From the human T2T-CHM13v2.0 reference genome, Homo sapiens, in NCBI RefSeq assembly GCF_009914755.1, contig NC_060929.1: 64,000 bases of DNA; one strand, written 5' to 3'. Below the pieces are notes generated by a model. That model saw nothing but the letters and a program-made list of their open reading frames with translations. It was not told the DNA's origin and made no database searches. Every line of letters starts with the position of its first letter. Positions within the stretch are counted from its first letter, which is position 1. Made by a program: the position numbers and the translations under genes. Shown one piece after another: positions 34,086-51,379 of this stretch.

Positions 34086-35641
34086 GAATGAAATGTAGAA
34101 AGAGAGAGACTAGCTCTTGATGGAGAGGGAAGAATTTGTAGCCACTTTCAATTTCCCATTTTGTGGGATGTGTGTAAAACAGATATGTGAATGAACTCAG
34201 TTACTCCTCATAGCTTTTGGTTGCAAGAACCTTATATTATTATTAATTTCTACTTCTGTGTCCTTTCTTGTGTCCTTTCCTGAAACGTTTCTCATCCACA
34301 TAGTGCCTTTTGAGTTCCATACCCTCCACAAAACATTCTTTTACTAATTTTTCACTTGAACATTTCACTAAACATTTATTTAGTATTTCTGGTTTTTCAT
34401 TTGGTAATTTTCTTTTTATTTGTGCTATTTTACATGTTCCCCTTGTTTTCTAATTTTTTTGTGTATGCGTTTCCTGAGTTCTCACCCAATTCATCTTATT
34501 TTGCTATTGTAACACACAATAAAGTTAGACTAGTACTAAAATCTAAGTACTCTATAATGATTGTTACTTGAATTGGGGATTGACTAAGATAATCCTTCTA
34601 GAATTGGATATTGCCAAAACTGTCTTTACTTTGGTTTTTCATGGGTATGTCTAATTCTGATTTTGCCATGCCTAAGTTAAAAACATCTGGTTGAATTCAG
34701 TAGAATCCCTGATTTTAAGCATTTTGACGACTGGATTGAATCTGTTAAAAAGAATATACTTGTGATTGGTTATGTATAATTGTGTTTTGGTCTGTAATAA
34801 AACCATTTAAAAGTAAGACATATACAATACCCTTGCTAAGCCATGTATGGCTGAGATGGGCTCTAGCAGTGGTCCGGAGTGGTTTTAAAAAAAGGCGTGC
34901 ACACACACACACACAAGCAGCAGAGACTGTAATGACTAGAGTGTGTGTTATTGGGAGAACCTCCTTTAATTTCTTTTAAGGCTAGGCCATATTGCGGGGG
35001 TGGATCTCAAGAAGGGTTGGTCGTGTTTATGTGAGGTGGAGAATCAAGATGAAGGCTAAGAGAAAAAGAGAAAAGGAGGAAGAAAAGAGAAAAGTAGTGC
35101 AATGCTTAGGACATCATTATCAACTTATATGTGGCTCTGATTTAGTTTCCTGTGGTCTGGGAAAGAGTACTCAATAATTCTCAGAGGAGAAAGGACTAAA
35201 GAAGTCCTTTCCTTCTCATCCTTACTGAAAATTTTAGACAAGAGTGAAACAAGGGGAGATGTTGCTGAGAGAGGTGAGTCAGAAATCTTTATAGGTCCTA
35301 AGGAGAGGCAGAAGGGGAGGTGAAATACAATTTGTGTGAAACTCTTCCCATAAACCATTAGAGCTCTTTGCACCATGATTGAAGAGATCCGTACACAATT
35401 AGGGGTGAAGTAAACTCAAGTGAAACTTGCCTATGAGGTCTGGCTTTCGTAGGTTGTTTGTTAAATGCTCAACCATTTGGAGGGTAGGGTGGTGGGTGTA
35501 TTGTAAATTGTGCAATTTTTCTGAATAATGAAAGATATACAGAAAGTTCATTTTGTGTGTCTGGAGGCTGTCAACCTAGACTAAAGTGAACCCCAAAAGT
35601 CTACATTGATCTCCCGTAGAGGAAAAGGACCATAAAGGAGT

Positions 35642-35647
<6 letters not shown>

Positions 35648-35681
<34 letters not shown>

Positions 35682-35696
35682 ATATATATATATATC

Positions 35697-35738
<42 letters not shown>

Positions 35739-35765
35739 CACACACATATATATGTATATATATAT
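35648..35765. repeat. Compound (TA)n/(CA)n microsatellite
   Basis: Seen directly. Confidence 0.95.
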
Positions 35766-37157
35766 GGAAAGAAATTAAATGCAACAAAATCCATAGCAAT
35801 TCATCATTGAGAGCTGCATTAGAGTACAGAGTGTAACGGATGCTATCTTTGTCAATAATTGTTGTAGATTGCTTGTCAACAGATTGGATTGTTTATCATG
35901 GATGTTGACAAACTACAGTATAAGATCCTTGAACTTGTTATATATGTTTTAAATATTTATATAAATATACATGTGCACATGTGTATTTTGGAGACTAAAG
36001 TTTTTATGCAATATAAAATTTCAGAATTTGTGTAATAAGGCTTAAGATATTTTTACTAAATGATAGAACTTACCACAACATTTACATACTCTATCATCCA
36101 ATCATCTTGGTTTTAATGAAAATATTTGTCTTAAATATTTTGAAAGTAAAGCATCTTCATTGAATCAAAACTGACATTTTAATTTGAACTTTCCACTCTG
36201 AATAGAATTTGCAGTCCAAACTTGTCAGGAAGAAAACTCAATGAAATGAAAAATAATTTTATGCTGGATAACTCTAAAAATATCCAGAATAGAATTCTAG
36301 TGACAGTATAGTTTAATATTAAGTTGGCTTCTTTTACTGCCATGCAGAGATTAAGTGGAAGCCAACTTTCAGTATAGCAGAAAAGGCCATGGACTTTAAG
36401 AAGAATTACATTTATGATAGAGCTGTCTCCCTTATTTATGAAATGACTTAGTTCAAGTCACTTGGTCTTAAGACAATATTGTATGGAAAATTACAAATAA
36501 TATGGAAATATAAGATTATTGAAGATATACTTTACATGTTTTCTAATAAATGGTATTGTTTATAAGTAGGGTTATATACAAATCAATATACATTCATTTC
36601 CATTATGTTTTCTATTGTAAAAGGACTATATGGTAAAGGTAAAGAATGCAGAAAATTAAAACAAGCAAAAAGAAGAAATCAAGAATCACCCAAAATAATT
36701 CCAAATAATTATTATCACATGTCTATATAATTTTCATCTAAATTTTTATATGTGCATGTAGTTTTTTAAACTATGCTTTCTTCTTTATCTGCTGTTGTTG
36801 TGATGTACAATATTCAATATGTTTTGTTGCTTTTCCCTTAACGTTATATTATGATCATGTTTTTTGGACCATGTTTGTACATTATTGAATTGTATAAATT
36901 AATATATACTACTTAATGTGAATAAGCCATAATTTACAATTCATTTAACCATTTCCATATTAATTGAACACAAATGTAATGATATTTCCAATCTATAAGA
37001 GGTGAATATTCTTTTGTATTAACTCTTGAATATGTTCTTTAGTATTACTGGATGAAAGAATAAACATTTTGAAGCTTTTGATATAAATTGGGAACTTGCC
37101 TTACAGGCAGACTAGCAGTGTGTAAAGATGCCTATTTCCCCACATCCTAGTCAATGT

Positions 37158-37190
<33 letters not shown>

Positions 37191-37565
37191 CCAGTTGTCA
37201 TTCATTCTACTTTTGTTCCACAATGTTTTTGTATTAACTCTTTGGGTAGCTTTACATATTAAGGTTATGAATCCTTTGTCGTATATGTTTTTCTATGTTT
37301 TAATTTGCCCAGCTTTACTGAGGTAGAATTGACTATTAAAATTGTATATATTTAAGGAGTACCTCTTGATGATTATGTATATATGTATAATATATAGTGA
37401 AATAGTCACGAAAATCCAATATATGCCTTTAACTTGTGTTTATAATGCTTTTAAAAATGGTGTATGTGTTTCTAATTCATAGGTAGTAACGCTTTATTTG
37501 TCTAGCATTGTCTAAGAATGAAGAATTCTATCTGAATAAAGTCTCTGGATCATTGAGGCTTATAG

Positions 37566-38038
<473 letters not shown>

Positions 38039-41000
38039 TAACAACCTTGTGAAGTAGTTATTGTTATCTCCCTTATCTGCTGGGGCCACTGAGGTTACAG
38101 AGTGAGTGAACAATTTTCTGAGGCTCACACAGCTTATGAGAGGAAGACCTTGATTGGAGACTAAGCCTAGATCCATTGCTTTTTATACACTCAACACACT
38201 CCCATTGTGTGTAAATATTCTGAGTCCCTCAATGTCTACATAAATGTTTAGGGCTATATTTGCATGATACTGGCTTTTGAGGTTCATTATTACTTCCTTA
38301 AAATTTGTTTTTTATATGTGCCTCCTCAATCACCTGGCTGAGGCAAGGTGACTCTAAATGGCCTGTTCTTAGCTGATAATGGCAATGCTAACAAATAAAC
38401 ATTTATAGAAGAGCCACTGTGTGCCAGCCAAAGTGATGGGTGCTCTGAGCTTTCCCCTACCAATGTTTCACTTTGCTAATCTTAGTCTGTTGTAGCGTGG
38501 AAAACAGATAACCAGATTTGTTAAGAGCTATGTACCAAAAAATGAATAAAACATTTTTTGAACAGAAGTCTGAGAGACTTTTCTATAGTAAAGCTCATGC
38601 GTTTGTTTTGTTTCAACCTGCTTCTCTCAGATATATCAGTATTTGTGTCACTATCTGCACTAAACACTTTAGTGACTTTATCTCATTTAGTCCTTAGTAT
38701 AATACTACAGATTAGAATTATTATTCATTTTCATTTTACAACTAAGTGCACTTAAGTTTGAAGAAAATAAATAATTTACGCAAGATTCTGTTTCATAGAG
38801 TTTATGGTTTCTGTTTGGAACTCTTTGTCTGCTGATTTTCAGCTGGGTTGTCGGATAAGTAACTTTAAAATAACCTATGAGTTACTGTATCAAAGCATTC
38901 AATGGTAGGGCCTGCCTGGAGAATGTCAAAGATGGGAATATGGTCAAACTTTTTGTTTATGTGTGTCAAGCTATAAAGAAAACCTATGTGTTTTAAAATA
39001 AGGTTGAATTTAATGCAACAGCATGATAGCCAGGCTGAGAGTGTGTATTCTTTGCTGAAAGACAAGTGTCCACTTCTTTGCTAAAGATACTACGAGTGTA
39101 GCAAAAAATAAGTTTCCTAATATGATGAGAATGTTTATATAGAACAAAGTACACAGAACTTACAATAGTAGAATAGTGACAGTGATGCTTCAATTCAATA
39201 TGAATTTGTTGAATGATTATTATTACACTCAGAACCATATCATATGATAGAGTTAGGGGAGATGTAAATATAATTGGACAAAAAGCACTAAAATTTTGGA
39301 TAACTATACATTACAGAATAAAGTTGCTATGCATACCTGTAGTACCAGTGGCTGTCACTTCAAATTTATTCTTAGTAAAGGAAATTTCAAATCAAAATTC
39401 TTAAATACATAATCTAAGAAGTACTATTTACTCATTTTTAATGGGGTTTTGATAAAGAAAGGATAGTGGAATGAGAGATAACTTTTTCAGTTTAGGGGGG
39501 ATTACTATTGTATTGGTTGGAGGTGTTTTGTAGCAACAAACAAATCTGACTCTTGATAACCAGAGTTAAACAGAGATACTGAGTAGAGGTCAGAACAGAA
39601 AGCAGAGCTTAAAAAGCTGTTCTTTGGAATAAAGGAACTAGGGGAGAACTGAGGGTCCAGGAAGTAGGAATTACCATCACCAGTGCAATAATTCAGCTCC
39701 AACTGTTTACTGTCTCTGTTTCATTCTGCCAAAGAATAGTTATCTGATGTGTTAAAATCATTGTGAGGTGGTTAGAGAACTTATTTGTGTCTTCCTCAGT
39801 CAGGAGCTCAATTCATAAATGATTTTAGTTATTTGTATCATAATCAGGACTTGTGATCAGAAAGTCAAATCAAAGGGCTTAAGATGAAAGATCTAAATTG
39901 TTAAGAATCATTGATTTATTCTACACATCATCTTGACTGCTCTTGCTGATTTTTCTGTTCTGACTGCCCTGGCTGTCCTAGACCATGTGCACCCACCTCT
40001 CTGTCACATTGGCTTTGACCACACACCAGTCTAGACCTGTGGTGGGGTCTGTGGTATGCCAAGCTGATTCCTAGCTACGGTTCCTCATGGTTGGTCCCCC
40101 TTATTTTTCCAACAATTTTCCAGACTTAGTCAAATATATTTGGCTTGGGGTTTAATCTGGTACTTCACTGAAGAGAGAATATTATTGGTAATACTAATTC
40201 CTCCTCTCCCTTCAAAGCAAAAAGGCACACATATTACTTACATATATGTACTGCTCTAATTTTTACACGTGCTCTGATCAGTAAAAACGGGAGGCAATAT
40301 ACCATTGTAGCTAAAAGCATGGAATCTGGAGCCAGTCTGCCAAATTCAAATCTTAGGTCCACCTCATACTGTTTGACCTTGGGCAAGTCACTTACCCCCT
40401 TCAAATCTTAATTTTATTATGTATAAAACGTAATAATAGTATAGCCTAACATTTAGGATTGCCATAAATATTAAAAGAATTCCTCCGTATGAAATTCTTA
40501 TGTCTGTTCATGACACATATAGTTCCATATATACATTAACTGTCATTATTAGTGAAAAATTCAAACGAATCCTGGTCAGTATCAGAGAATCTTAGGCTCA
40601 CTCAAAATAGATGGAATCTTATTTCTAATAAGAATTAATAATTTAAAAAACTATAAATGTCTTAATATTTAAAATTTCAAATCAAAATTCTTAAATACAA
40701 AATCTAAAAAGTACTATTTATTCATTTTTAATTTTATTCTAATTTGTCAAAGTTATTAATTGTCCTTTATGAAAGTATACTATTAATTTGAAGTGTTCAA
40801 AAATGTTCTGAACATTATGGGATTTCTACCTTAAATCATTAGATAGCCACAACCACTCATTGTAAAAAGCTAGTGAATATTACATATATATTTCTTCTAT
40901 CATAGTATTGTAGAATCCATACATATTTTCAAAGAGTAATTTCATGAAACCAAGGCCAAGGCAGGAAAAATGAGCAACTAATATAGTTATAAGAGGCCTA

Positions 41001-41804
41001 AATGGGCAACTTATGTGGTGCAAAGAGGCCTAGCGTTCCCTTTTCACCAAGTCAGACCACCCAATCCATGTTAGAGTTAGGTGGCCCACCTCCATTTTGC
41101 TCGAATAAAGAGAAACATATTTTAAACTTTAGCAGTGTACTTATGTATAAAAGGTGCTGTGGGGGTCTACTTTACATGGCATAACTCTTTCCATCTTGAC
41201 CTGTGGTATGATACGGTGCCACACTTGGACTTAAAACCCTTCAATGGGGCTGTGTCATCTAGAGGATAAAGATTCAACCCTTTAGCTCACATACCCAGCC
41301 TTCTTGGAGTTACAAAGTGCTTGGAATTCTTAAAAGGGGCCATGCATTTTTTTTTGTTGTAAATGCTGGCCCTTCCACCTAGAATGCCTTTATGCTTCTT
41401 GTTTGCCTGGAAAAATCTTACCCATTACTTCTTAACTCAAATGTCATACATTCAGGGAGACTTTGCAGATAACCTGTTAAAGCTAAATGCTTCTGATTTG
41501 GAAGCACCTCTTCATCGTCTTGAGACATTTATCTCATTGCTATAGGAATTGGTTTACAGGACCCCTATCAAACTTCAAACTCCATGAGATAATCATATAA
41601 TCTATAGTATTTACTGAAATTCCTGGCAGTATTAACAATAGCAATAATACAAGCCATCATTTACTAGGTATTTATTACATAGTAGGCACTGTGCTGTTTT
41701 ACCTAAATTATCTAGTTTAGATTATCTCCATTTTGAAAATGAGGAAATTAAGCCAAAGGGGTGGTAAGCCTGCTCATAAGGTTACATAACTAGTGGGGAC
41801 TGAG

Positions 41805-42180
41805 ACTTGGTTATTTAGCAGTTAACAAACACTCTCCCACTTCTCAGTGGTTTACAATCACTGGGGTTCATTCCTTACCCCTATTCCATGTTTATGGCAC
41901 ACTGGCTATCATTTTGCTTCATGATCTCTTCACTAGGGAACCCAAGCTCACAGAATTAATGTTTTATCTAAAATATTTTCAGGTATATGACAAAGATAAG
42001 AAGACATCCTGATAAACCATGGTGCACTGGCTCTTAAACATTCTACCCCGAAGTGAAAAATGTCACTTGCTCACACTTCATTAGCGAGATCAAGGCTAAT
42101 CATGCTATCATAGGGTGGAGTAGTTGGATCTTTCCCCAGAGAGTAGCAGGGAGCACCCTGAACAATAATATAGTCTACTA
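41805..42180 (-). mobile_element. Probable MLT1 LTR relic within MIR
   Basis: MLT1-like segments (ctcagtggtttacaa..., gaagtgaaaaatgtcacttgctcacacttcatt) between MIR halves. Confidence 0.45.
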
Positions 42181-43020
42181 CAGATATTAATTCAGACTTT
42201 CCAGACTCTAGGGCCATATTTAACCCCTATGCTATATATTCTCCTACTACATATCTATTTGTGAATAAACACTACCAAATAGATTTCAGCTTTCCAATCT
42301 TCTAATAAGAGAATGAATGGCAAAAATAATAGAAGAACAGTACATGTAAATAATGAAATGAAAACTATCCAGATGAACGAAATAGTCTATATTACTATTT
42401 AAGTACTACTTAAATGTCATTTTTTCAAGCCCATTTCCTGGTACATTCATTGGCCAATAGAAATGCAATGAGTTACATCCAAGTTGGTTGGCAGAGATTA
42501 TCACTATTTACTCTCAAAGTGAGACAAATTTATTTCATTCAGAATTTGATAACAAAGCTATCAATCACTCTGTCTGAGGCTGAAGGAGGAACATCCATTT
42601 GTTCTCCAGATATAAAACAAATATTTTTTTTTTGCTTTTAATTTACAAGGATTCCAATGAAGAATAAAGGTTGCTCTTTGGAAGGAAGAAAATATACAAA
42701 TTCCTTAAATAAAATCAATAAAAAGCAAAAAGAATTGTATACTAGCCCGTACTGGTATAGCATTCTTCCAGCAGAAGACCTCAGTCATCTGTGCTATATA
42801 CTTGGACCACACAGTAATTAGTCTATTGAGAATATTAATGATTGTTGGAGCCTGAATTTTTTGTGAATTCTTTTTGCCATGGAATTTAGAATATATTCCA
42901 ATACTTGTTAGTGATATATCAAAGTTAAATAGACAGATTTTATTTATTTGAAATAACATGTATTTTACAGTATCTTCAGAAATGACCTTTGAGGCCATTA
43001 GGATTACAAATAGGTTTTTA

Positions 43021-44018
<998 letters not shown>

Positions 44019-46116
44019 TCAAATAGGTTTTTAGAAGATTTGTTATGATATATTGAAAACACAGATAAATAAAGGATTTTCTTCTTATCACAATAAGATT
44101 CTCCATTTTCCTAAAGTGTATTAAATTATACCTCCTTGACAGAGTGGTTACTAAGAAATATAAAATTCTAGTTTAGGAACCTCTGCCAAAAGGAAGATCA
44201 ATCGGAAATTACAATGAGAAAAATGTACCCATATTGACAAAAATTGCATTAATTAGCATATCTCAGAACACATATTTATCAAATGAAGTTGGCTTTATCT
44301 GAACTGTCTAACAGAGAAGGACAGGTCAGGGGAAAGGAGTTAAGGGGAAACTCTGGTGACTGTAAGTCACCAAATAACCATATGCTCTTTCCAAGTGAGT
44401 TTTTCTCTTTTAAAAAAATTGAGTTCTCTGTAAATAAAGCTTTTTGGGGCTTGCAACATCTTCTGAGGCATCTATTTTGTCTGCCATCTCACTATCAAAT
44501 CCATGTTCATATAAAACTGCAGAACCATCGTTCTTAATGTCCTCTTTAGCTCACACAAATCACTACTTTAATCTTTTGTTTAACTCTTCAAAGGTATTAA
44601 GTACATGAAAAATTAAATTATATATATATACATTTACATGCATATATGGATAACAGTGTCACTTCACAAAGTACCAAGAATTGGATAATAACTGCCTGAA
44701 AGGGAAACATTTTCATCAAAGGGATAGCAATTTATCTTGATTGACAATTTTTAAGTATTATAATACTGATTACGCTTCACCCTGCTCTGCTGTCTTAGGC
44801 TACTTTAGTTTACTTGCAATATTACTACTACTTCTGATAATGAATTTTCTAATAACACAACATGCTGCTGAAGTACATTCTTCTGGTGAATGAAGGCTTG
44901 ATGGTTCTTTTCAATGGGGCCTGATACCAAGCTCTGTGCATCTCCATGTGTTGATCTCCAATGATGATAATGGGGGAAAAAAAAGTGGTCTTCTGAAAGT
45001 ACAAAGCTCTTGCTCTGTTCATGCTCTAAATCCTTCAGATCAATCAGATCTTTGCACAACTCCTCCTAAGAAGTTGCCTTGGTATCCTTGCAGAGACAAA
45101 CCTTGATGTAGGATTACTGAGCAAAGGCTTTCTGTTTAGAGTTACTGCTAGTTAAGGCAGCATTTACTGGGCTCATGGTGTGCCCAGAACTCTGTTCTGC
45201 CTTTTCAGGGTGACAGTGGCACCCAGTTGCAACAGCTTTAAATACTGTTTGCATTGTTTCCTCCCTACTTATGTGTATAGATTTTCATCATTTTTAATAA
45301 TTACATAGTATTCCACACACTGATTAGCCATTGATTTACTCGACCTGTTTCTTATTGTTGGAACATCTTTATACATAAATTTCTGCAAAGTGCTGTTCCT
45401 ACTTTCTTGGAATCTTTTCCAGATGTGTAGTTGCTGAATTAAAGTATATGTATAGTTGTAAAGCCTTTGATCTATATTGTCAAATTGCCTTCTAGAAATG
45501 TACTAATTTCTAGTTGTACTAGTCACGTATAATCAGCCAATGTCCTGCATCTTCTCCCAAAATAGGTGTTATTTTTAACATTCACTAACACTTTATAGAA
45601 GAAACTATAATGCATTTGTTAAGATAGTAAATTGTTTCTGAGTTCAATGATGTAATAACCTTTGAAATTCTATTGCCATATATTTTTCCAATGCATGCTT
45701 ATTATTAAAAATCCTGATTTTAAGAATAATGATACCTTTTCTTCATCAAATGGTGAAAATGACTAAAGAAAAATGAAGAGTAAATTCTCTACTGTATAAT
45801 GATTAATGGACTTCTATATTAGAAAAGCTTTCATATTGTTGGAACTTTAGCACACTGAAAGAAACTTTTGCTTCACTTGCTTTTAATGTCTGTGAAAGGC
45901 TAAGTAACAATTTAGTGAAGACTATATAACAAGATCTTAACTAATTTGAATTATTTATTCAAATGTGTTTAACCTATAATAAGAAAAAGCCCATATATTT
46001 ACAGTAGCCTTATAAGAAAATGAATTAAAAAGTCTATGATTTTTTTTTTTTTAAATAGTGATGTGCTCTGATTTTTTCAGAATGGAGAAAGATAGTAGGT
46101 ATAAAAAAGGAAGGCT

Positions 46117-46572
<456 letters not shown>

Positions 46573-47355
46573 TCAATGAAATAGGAACAGCATTAAAATC
46601 AATGACATGATATGGTTTTTATTTAATAATTTTAAGTTAAAACAGATGTTCAGGTTTTTAATTAATTTTTATTAATTTTGTATAATTATTTCAAGAAGTA
46701 CATTCCTTGAAAACATTATAATGTTTTTGTATTAATTTCTGCCAATTTTAGTGGCCTATCATTTTACTGAAGTAAATGCTATGCCTCCAAGTAATATGAA
46801 TATGTAAATCATAGCCTTCAAGGATGACCCTCTGCTACATTAACGTCAAAGTTTCTTATTAGATGTATAATAGAAAAGAATACATTCTTGGGGGCTTCCT
46901 TCTCTTCTGCTGGATGCACAGTTACCATGAATATAATTGGAAATCTCATTTCTGACAAATAGGAAGTAAACATCTTGGGCCAAATTGCATGTAAGAGAGA
47001 CAAAATGAAAGTTTGGACAGTTATGCAGGCAATGCAGATGCCATCTCTACTTTGGTGTGTGACTGCATTGCACAGACGATTCAGTAAGACGCGTGTGTTT
47101 TAATACTTTATTTTTACAACACCTTATATGGTTATGTCAACATCCTCTTACTATCATTATTTCATGTTGTTATAATTTTATGATGCTGGATGACAGGTGC
47201 TGTAAAATATACCCTCTTTTTCAATAGTAAGGAGCTAAAGAGAGGCAGCAGTAAGGCACAGGGATGAGATGTTTGAAACACACCTTGCCTATAGAGTCCC
47301 TGGTTGCTAAGAAGCAGCACAGCAAACAAACCACACTCAAACTGAAGAAAAATAT

Positions 47356-47418
<63 letters not shown>

Positions 47419-47432
47419 GCGGGAGAGAGAGA
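47356..47432. repeat. (TG)n(AG)n compound microsatellite
   Basis: Seen directly. Confidence 0.95.
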
Positions 47433-48659
47433 TATTCTATGCAGACACAATTCATAGCAAAATCTACATCAGTCCTGAAAAAACCCACCACAATTATTGT
47501 GTTAGATTTGTTTCTGGCAGACACAAACAGTAGGATCAGTTCCCTCAACTAACATTTTTTGACAGAAGGTGCAATTTTATAAATCCAATACTTCTGCCTA
47601 ATGCTAAAGGTTTAAAGTGAGTTTTATTTTCCAAATGTGAACAGATTTAAAGATCATTTTCCATAAGTAGGATATTATTTAAATATTTAATGTTTTATAT
47701 ATTTTAATATCTATGCCATGTAAAATCAAAACTGTTATGTTCTTTCCATATCATTGTACTTTCCATTTTCTATGAGAGGTGCAAAAAAAAAAAAATATCT
47801 CACCAATGTCACTGTACCTGGAACCAAAGCACAGTGCTTGCATGGTATATGAGAGCCACCAGAAGTATGTGAGGGAATCCTAGCATCAGGCGCTGAGCAC
47901 CATCCTAATCTTTCTGACATAAGATTTCACTGGAAAATAAAAAGTCTTCAGGGAAAATTGAAAATCATGGAATTAGATGAGCTGGAAAGTCTATATTAGT
48001 TTGATCATGTTAAGTTCAACGTTTTCCTGGATTTAGGAACCTATTCCTTGGCTCAGTGTTCCTGGATTTTGGAGGTGGTTTCAGGAGATTACTGAGAGAA
48101 GTCCATTTTGAAAAGTGGGTTGGTTCAGTCCTTGATTGGTAACATAATTATACATGAGACATGTGCTTTTTATTTTGACATGACGTCTTATCTACACTAC
48201 TAACATCAAAGATATTTGCATTATTGTGTCATCTGGGTGGATTCAACTAGATAATAATAAAAATATGTGTTTTCTTCAATTAATATATGAGACAGGGGTA
48301 ACTATAATACGTGTTTGTGCCCTAACCTGCTCTAAGTGTCTGTTGCATAAGGAAGGAAAAGTATGTTGTGTTCTATTAGGCCCATAAATTTCTTTAGAAA
48401 AAATTCAGATGTTTTCAGAATATCAATTGTGACTCATACATTTACTTCCTGTAAAAATAATAGTTCCTTTGTTCTCAGAGTCAGTCTTCCAGGGAATGAC
48501 CATAGTGGAGGATGAATGCTATATTTAAGGTGTGTTTTATCTGTTCCTTCAGGCAACTTTCCAAGTTAGGATGGGTTAAATATTAATGCTTTGAAACTTT
48601 TTGGAAGAATTGAACTTGATAATATAGAAAAAATAGACACCAATTTCTAATCTTTCTTT

Positions 48660-50145
48660 CTCCAGACCTAAAACTTACCTATGCTAATATCCAAGTTTTC
48701 CTCCCTTACTTCTGTCACAATGGAGGAAACCTTTCTCTTCCCACCAAAGGTCTGATCCCATTTGTGGCTTTCTTCTCAAGTTCCTTATTCGTTCGATGAC
48801 AGTATTTTTCTTCCATTGTTTTCTATCACTTCCTTCTGGATTATTACCACTAGCATCATCAATCATGCTGTGCTGCTTTCCATCTTAAAAAAATCAAAAT
48901 CTTCTTCCTGATCTGAGAAAACTCAAGAGAACTGTCTACACATATCCTCATCTTCTTTCTTCTCATTCATTTCTCACAGTTGTAGCTTCACTATGCCATG
49001 TACACTGCTCTTGTCAAGGTCGCCAATAACTTGCACATGTCATATCTAGCCAACTCTTTGTCCTCAATTTAATACTCTTTATTCTTCAGATACTCTGTGG
49101 GAGTAGGGAACATGCCTCTTCCCTAATTTTCCTTCTTCATAACTAACCCTTGCTATCGGTCTCCTTGGCTGGTTTCTTCTTTGCCATGCTTACAAATGTT
49201 GGCATTCTTCCAGGCTTACTACTGGGCCCACTTTTCTACACTACACATAAACTTCTTTTTCCAAAATTTCCAAAGAATGGAAATTTTGATTGTTTATCCC
49301 CACCGAGCACATTTGCTTCTCCTACTTGCCTCTGACTCAGTAAATAGTACCATCATCCACTTTGTTGTGGAAACCAGATCCTAGGAGCCAGCACTGATTT
49401 TTTTTTCTTCTATGCTCTACTCTATCTATTAGCAATCCTGCTTATACTCTCTACAAAATAGATATAACCCCATTCTCTCTTCTAGTTCCACCACTGTCAC
49501 CTTAACCCAGGCCATCGTTACTTCTCTCCTGAATGACTGCAACAATCTTCTGATACTAGACTTCTAACCAACTTTTGCTCTCATCTAACCCAATTTACAC
49601 ACTGCAGGAAAAATGGCCTTATCAAAATGTTAACAGAACCACATCACTTCCCTTGTAAAGGCCCTTTAATGATTTCCCACTGCACTTTGAATGAACTTAA
49701 AAACCTCTTCCCAAGGCCTAAAAATCCCTATGTGACCTGACCCTTGCCTAACACCACTATCTTCCTCCTTTGCTGAGCTCCAGCCCTGCCAGCTCTTTTG
49801 CTTTTTCAAGAGGCCTGACCTCTTTCTCTCTAGAGCCTTTGCAGACCTCACCTCTGCCTGGAAAATTCATCTCAATGCATATCTAATTGAGTTTTTCTTT
49901 TGGGAGGTTCTCTGATTAAATGGTGTCATCTCTAGAAGGCCTTCTCTGAATACCCTTCATCATCCTTTTCCTCACACCCTTGCTTATTTTCCTTCCTATC
50001 ACTTATTATAATTTATTTTTTTTGTGTTTGCTCCAACCATGTAAGCTTTATGAGGACAGAGAATATGTATATACAGTGTATTGTTTTGTCTTCAATGAGT
50101 AGCAATATTTCCCAGCACATAGTAGGTGCTTAATAAATATTGAAT
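48660..50145. mobile_element. Long degraded L2 element
   Basis: Pyrimidine-rich L2 hallmarks (actgctcttgtcaaggtcgccaataac, taaatagtaccatcatccac, tgactgcaacaatcttc) ending cagcacatagtaggtgcttaataaatattgaataaa. Confidence 0.7.
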
Positions 50146-51379
50146 AAACAAATATTTTATTTTATTTTGGGGGTATGAAAAATGTTATATACAATTATGC
50201 CAACTTTTTTTTAGGAATAAAAAAGTACACTGATTCTGACAGAACTAAGCAAAATGCAAAGTAGAATAAATACTTGGCTGATTCAGAAAAAAATTCCATT
50301 TTTATTCTATTTATCTTTTGCTATGAAGGTAATGAACAATACCATGATTTTAGGCACTTTGAGGGTATAAACACTTCAACTGCAATTTATAACCATAAAT
50401 ATTTTATAATCCAGTTTTCTTCAATTATATAAATCAATTATATAAGAATAATAATTTTTACTTGAATTGATTAAGGAATTATTTCAATAGTCCAATGACA
50501 ACATTCATAGATAACTTTCTTCCTTGACTTTAGTTTCTCTTTTGTGTTGATGGTTTCACACTCTGCCAAGCAGAGGGTAAAGGAAATTTTACTCAGTTAA
50601 CCTAGAGTATTTTTCAGTCAAGCATTTTCATGTTCTATTTCAATTAAAAATGTCCTACCTACCCAAAATCAGTGGGATATGGATTTCAAGTTTTATTTAG
50701 GCAGGGGTTAGGAATTAATTTTATTTTATGATTTCCATCTGCCCCTTGATATGTTTAGGGAAGATGTTCATTGGTGATAACTTCCCACCAAAGGCTGTTG
50801 AGGCTGCAATTTTCTCTCTGTGAAAATAAATGTGTTTTCAAACATAGCACTGACTTTGTTGCTAATATCCTCTCATGAACTTCTCTAAAGCCAGGCACCC
50901 ACACAAGATCCTTCTTATCCTGTGTCTCATCCTGGCACAAAGCCTCTGCTGGTGTTCCTTTTTAAACACCTGAAATGGAAGTGTGAGTTCCTGCATTCAT
51001 GGAAAAGACAGAATGACTTAAGTGTTTCTTTCATACGTTAGGATTTTAAATAGATATAATTGTGAAATTTTTTCACCTTTTTTACCTAAGGAATTTCTGT
51101 GACATTCCCTTCCTCACTTTCTCTAAATGTTAAGAGGTAAGTATTGATGGTTTCAACTGTTGCTTTGAATATAACATTGATTGTTAATCATATCACATAT
51201 GATAAAACATTCTGCATGATCATATACTGCCCAGTTTAATGTATGAACAAATATAAATGAGTAATCTATTTTTATATCATTTATCTTCCACATTTTTGAA
51301 CAACAAATCTCTTGAATTTTCCACATTTATGAAAAAGGAAACTTTGGAAAATATTATTTCATAAAATTCTGGTTCGCTT

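Noticed and set aside
47783-47900. Possible small-RNA (U6-like) retrocopy after an A run
   Set aside because: The adjacent sequence does not match U6, 5S, 7SK or tRNA sequences as I know them.
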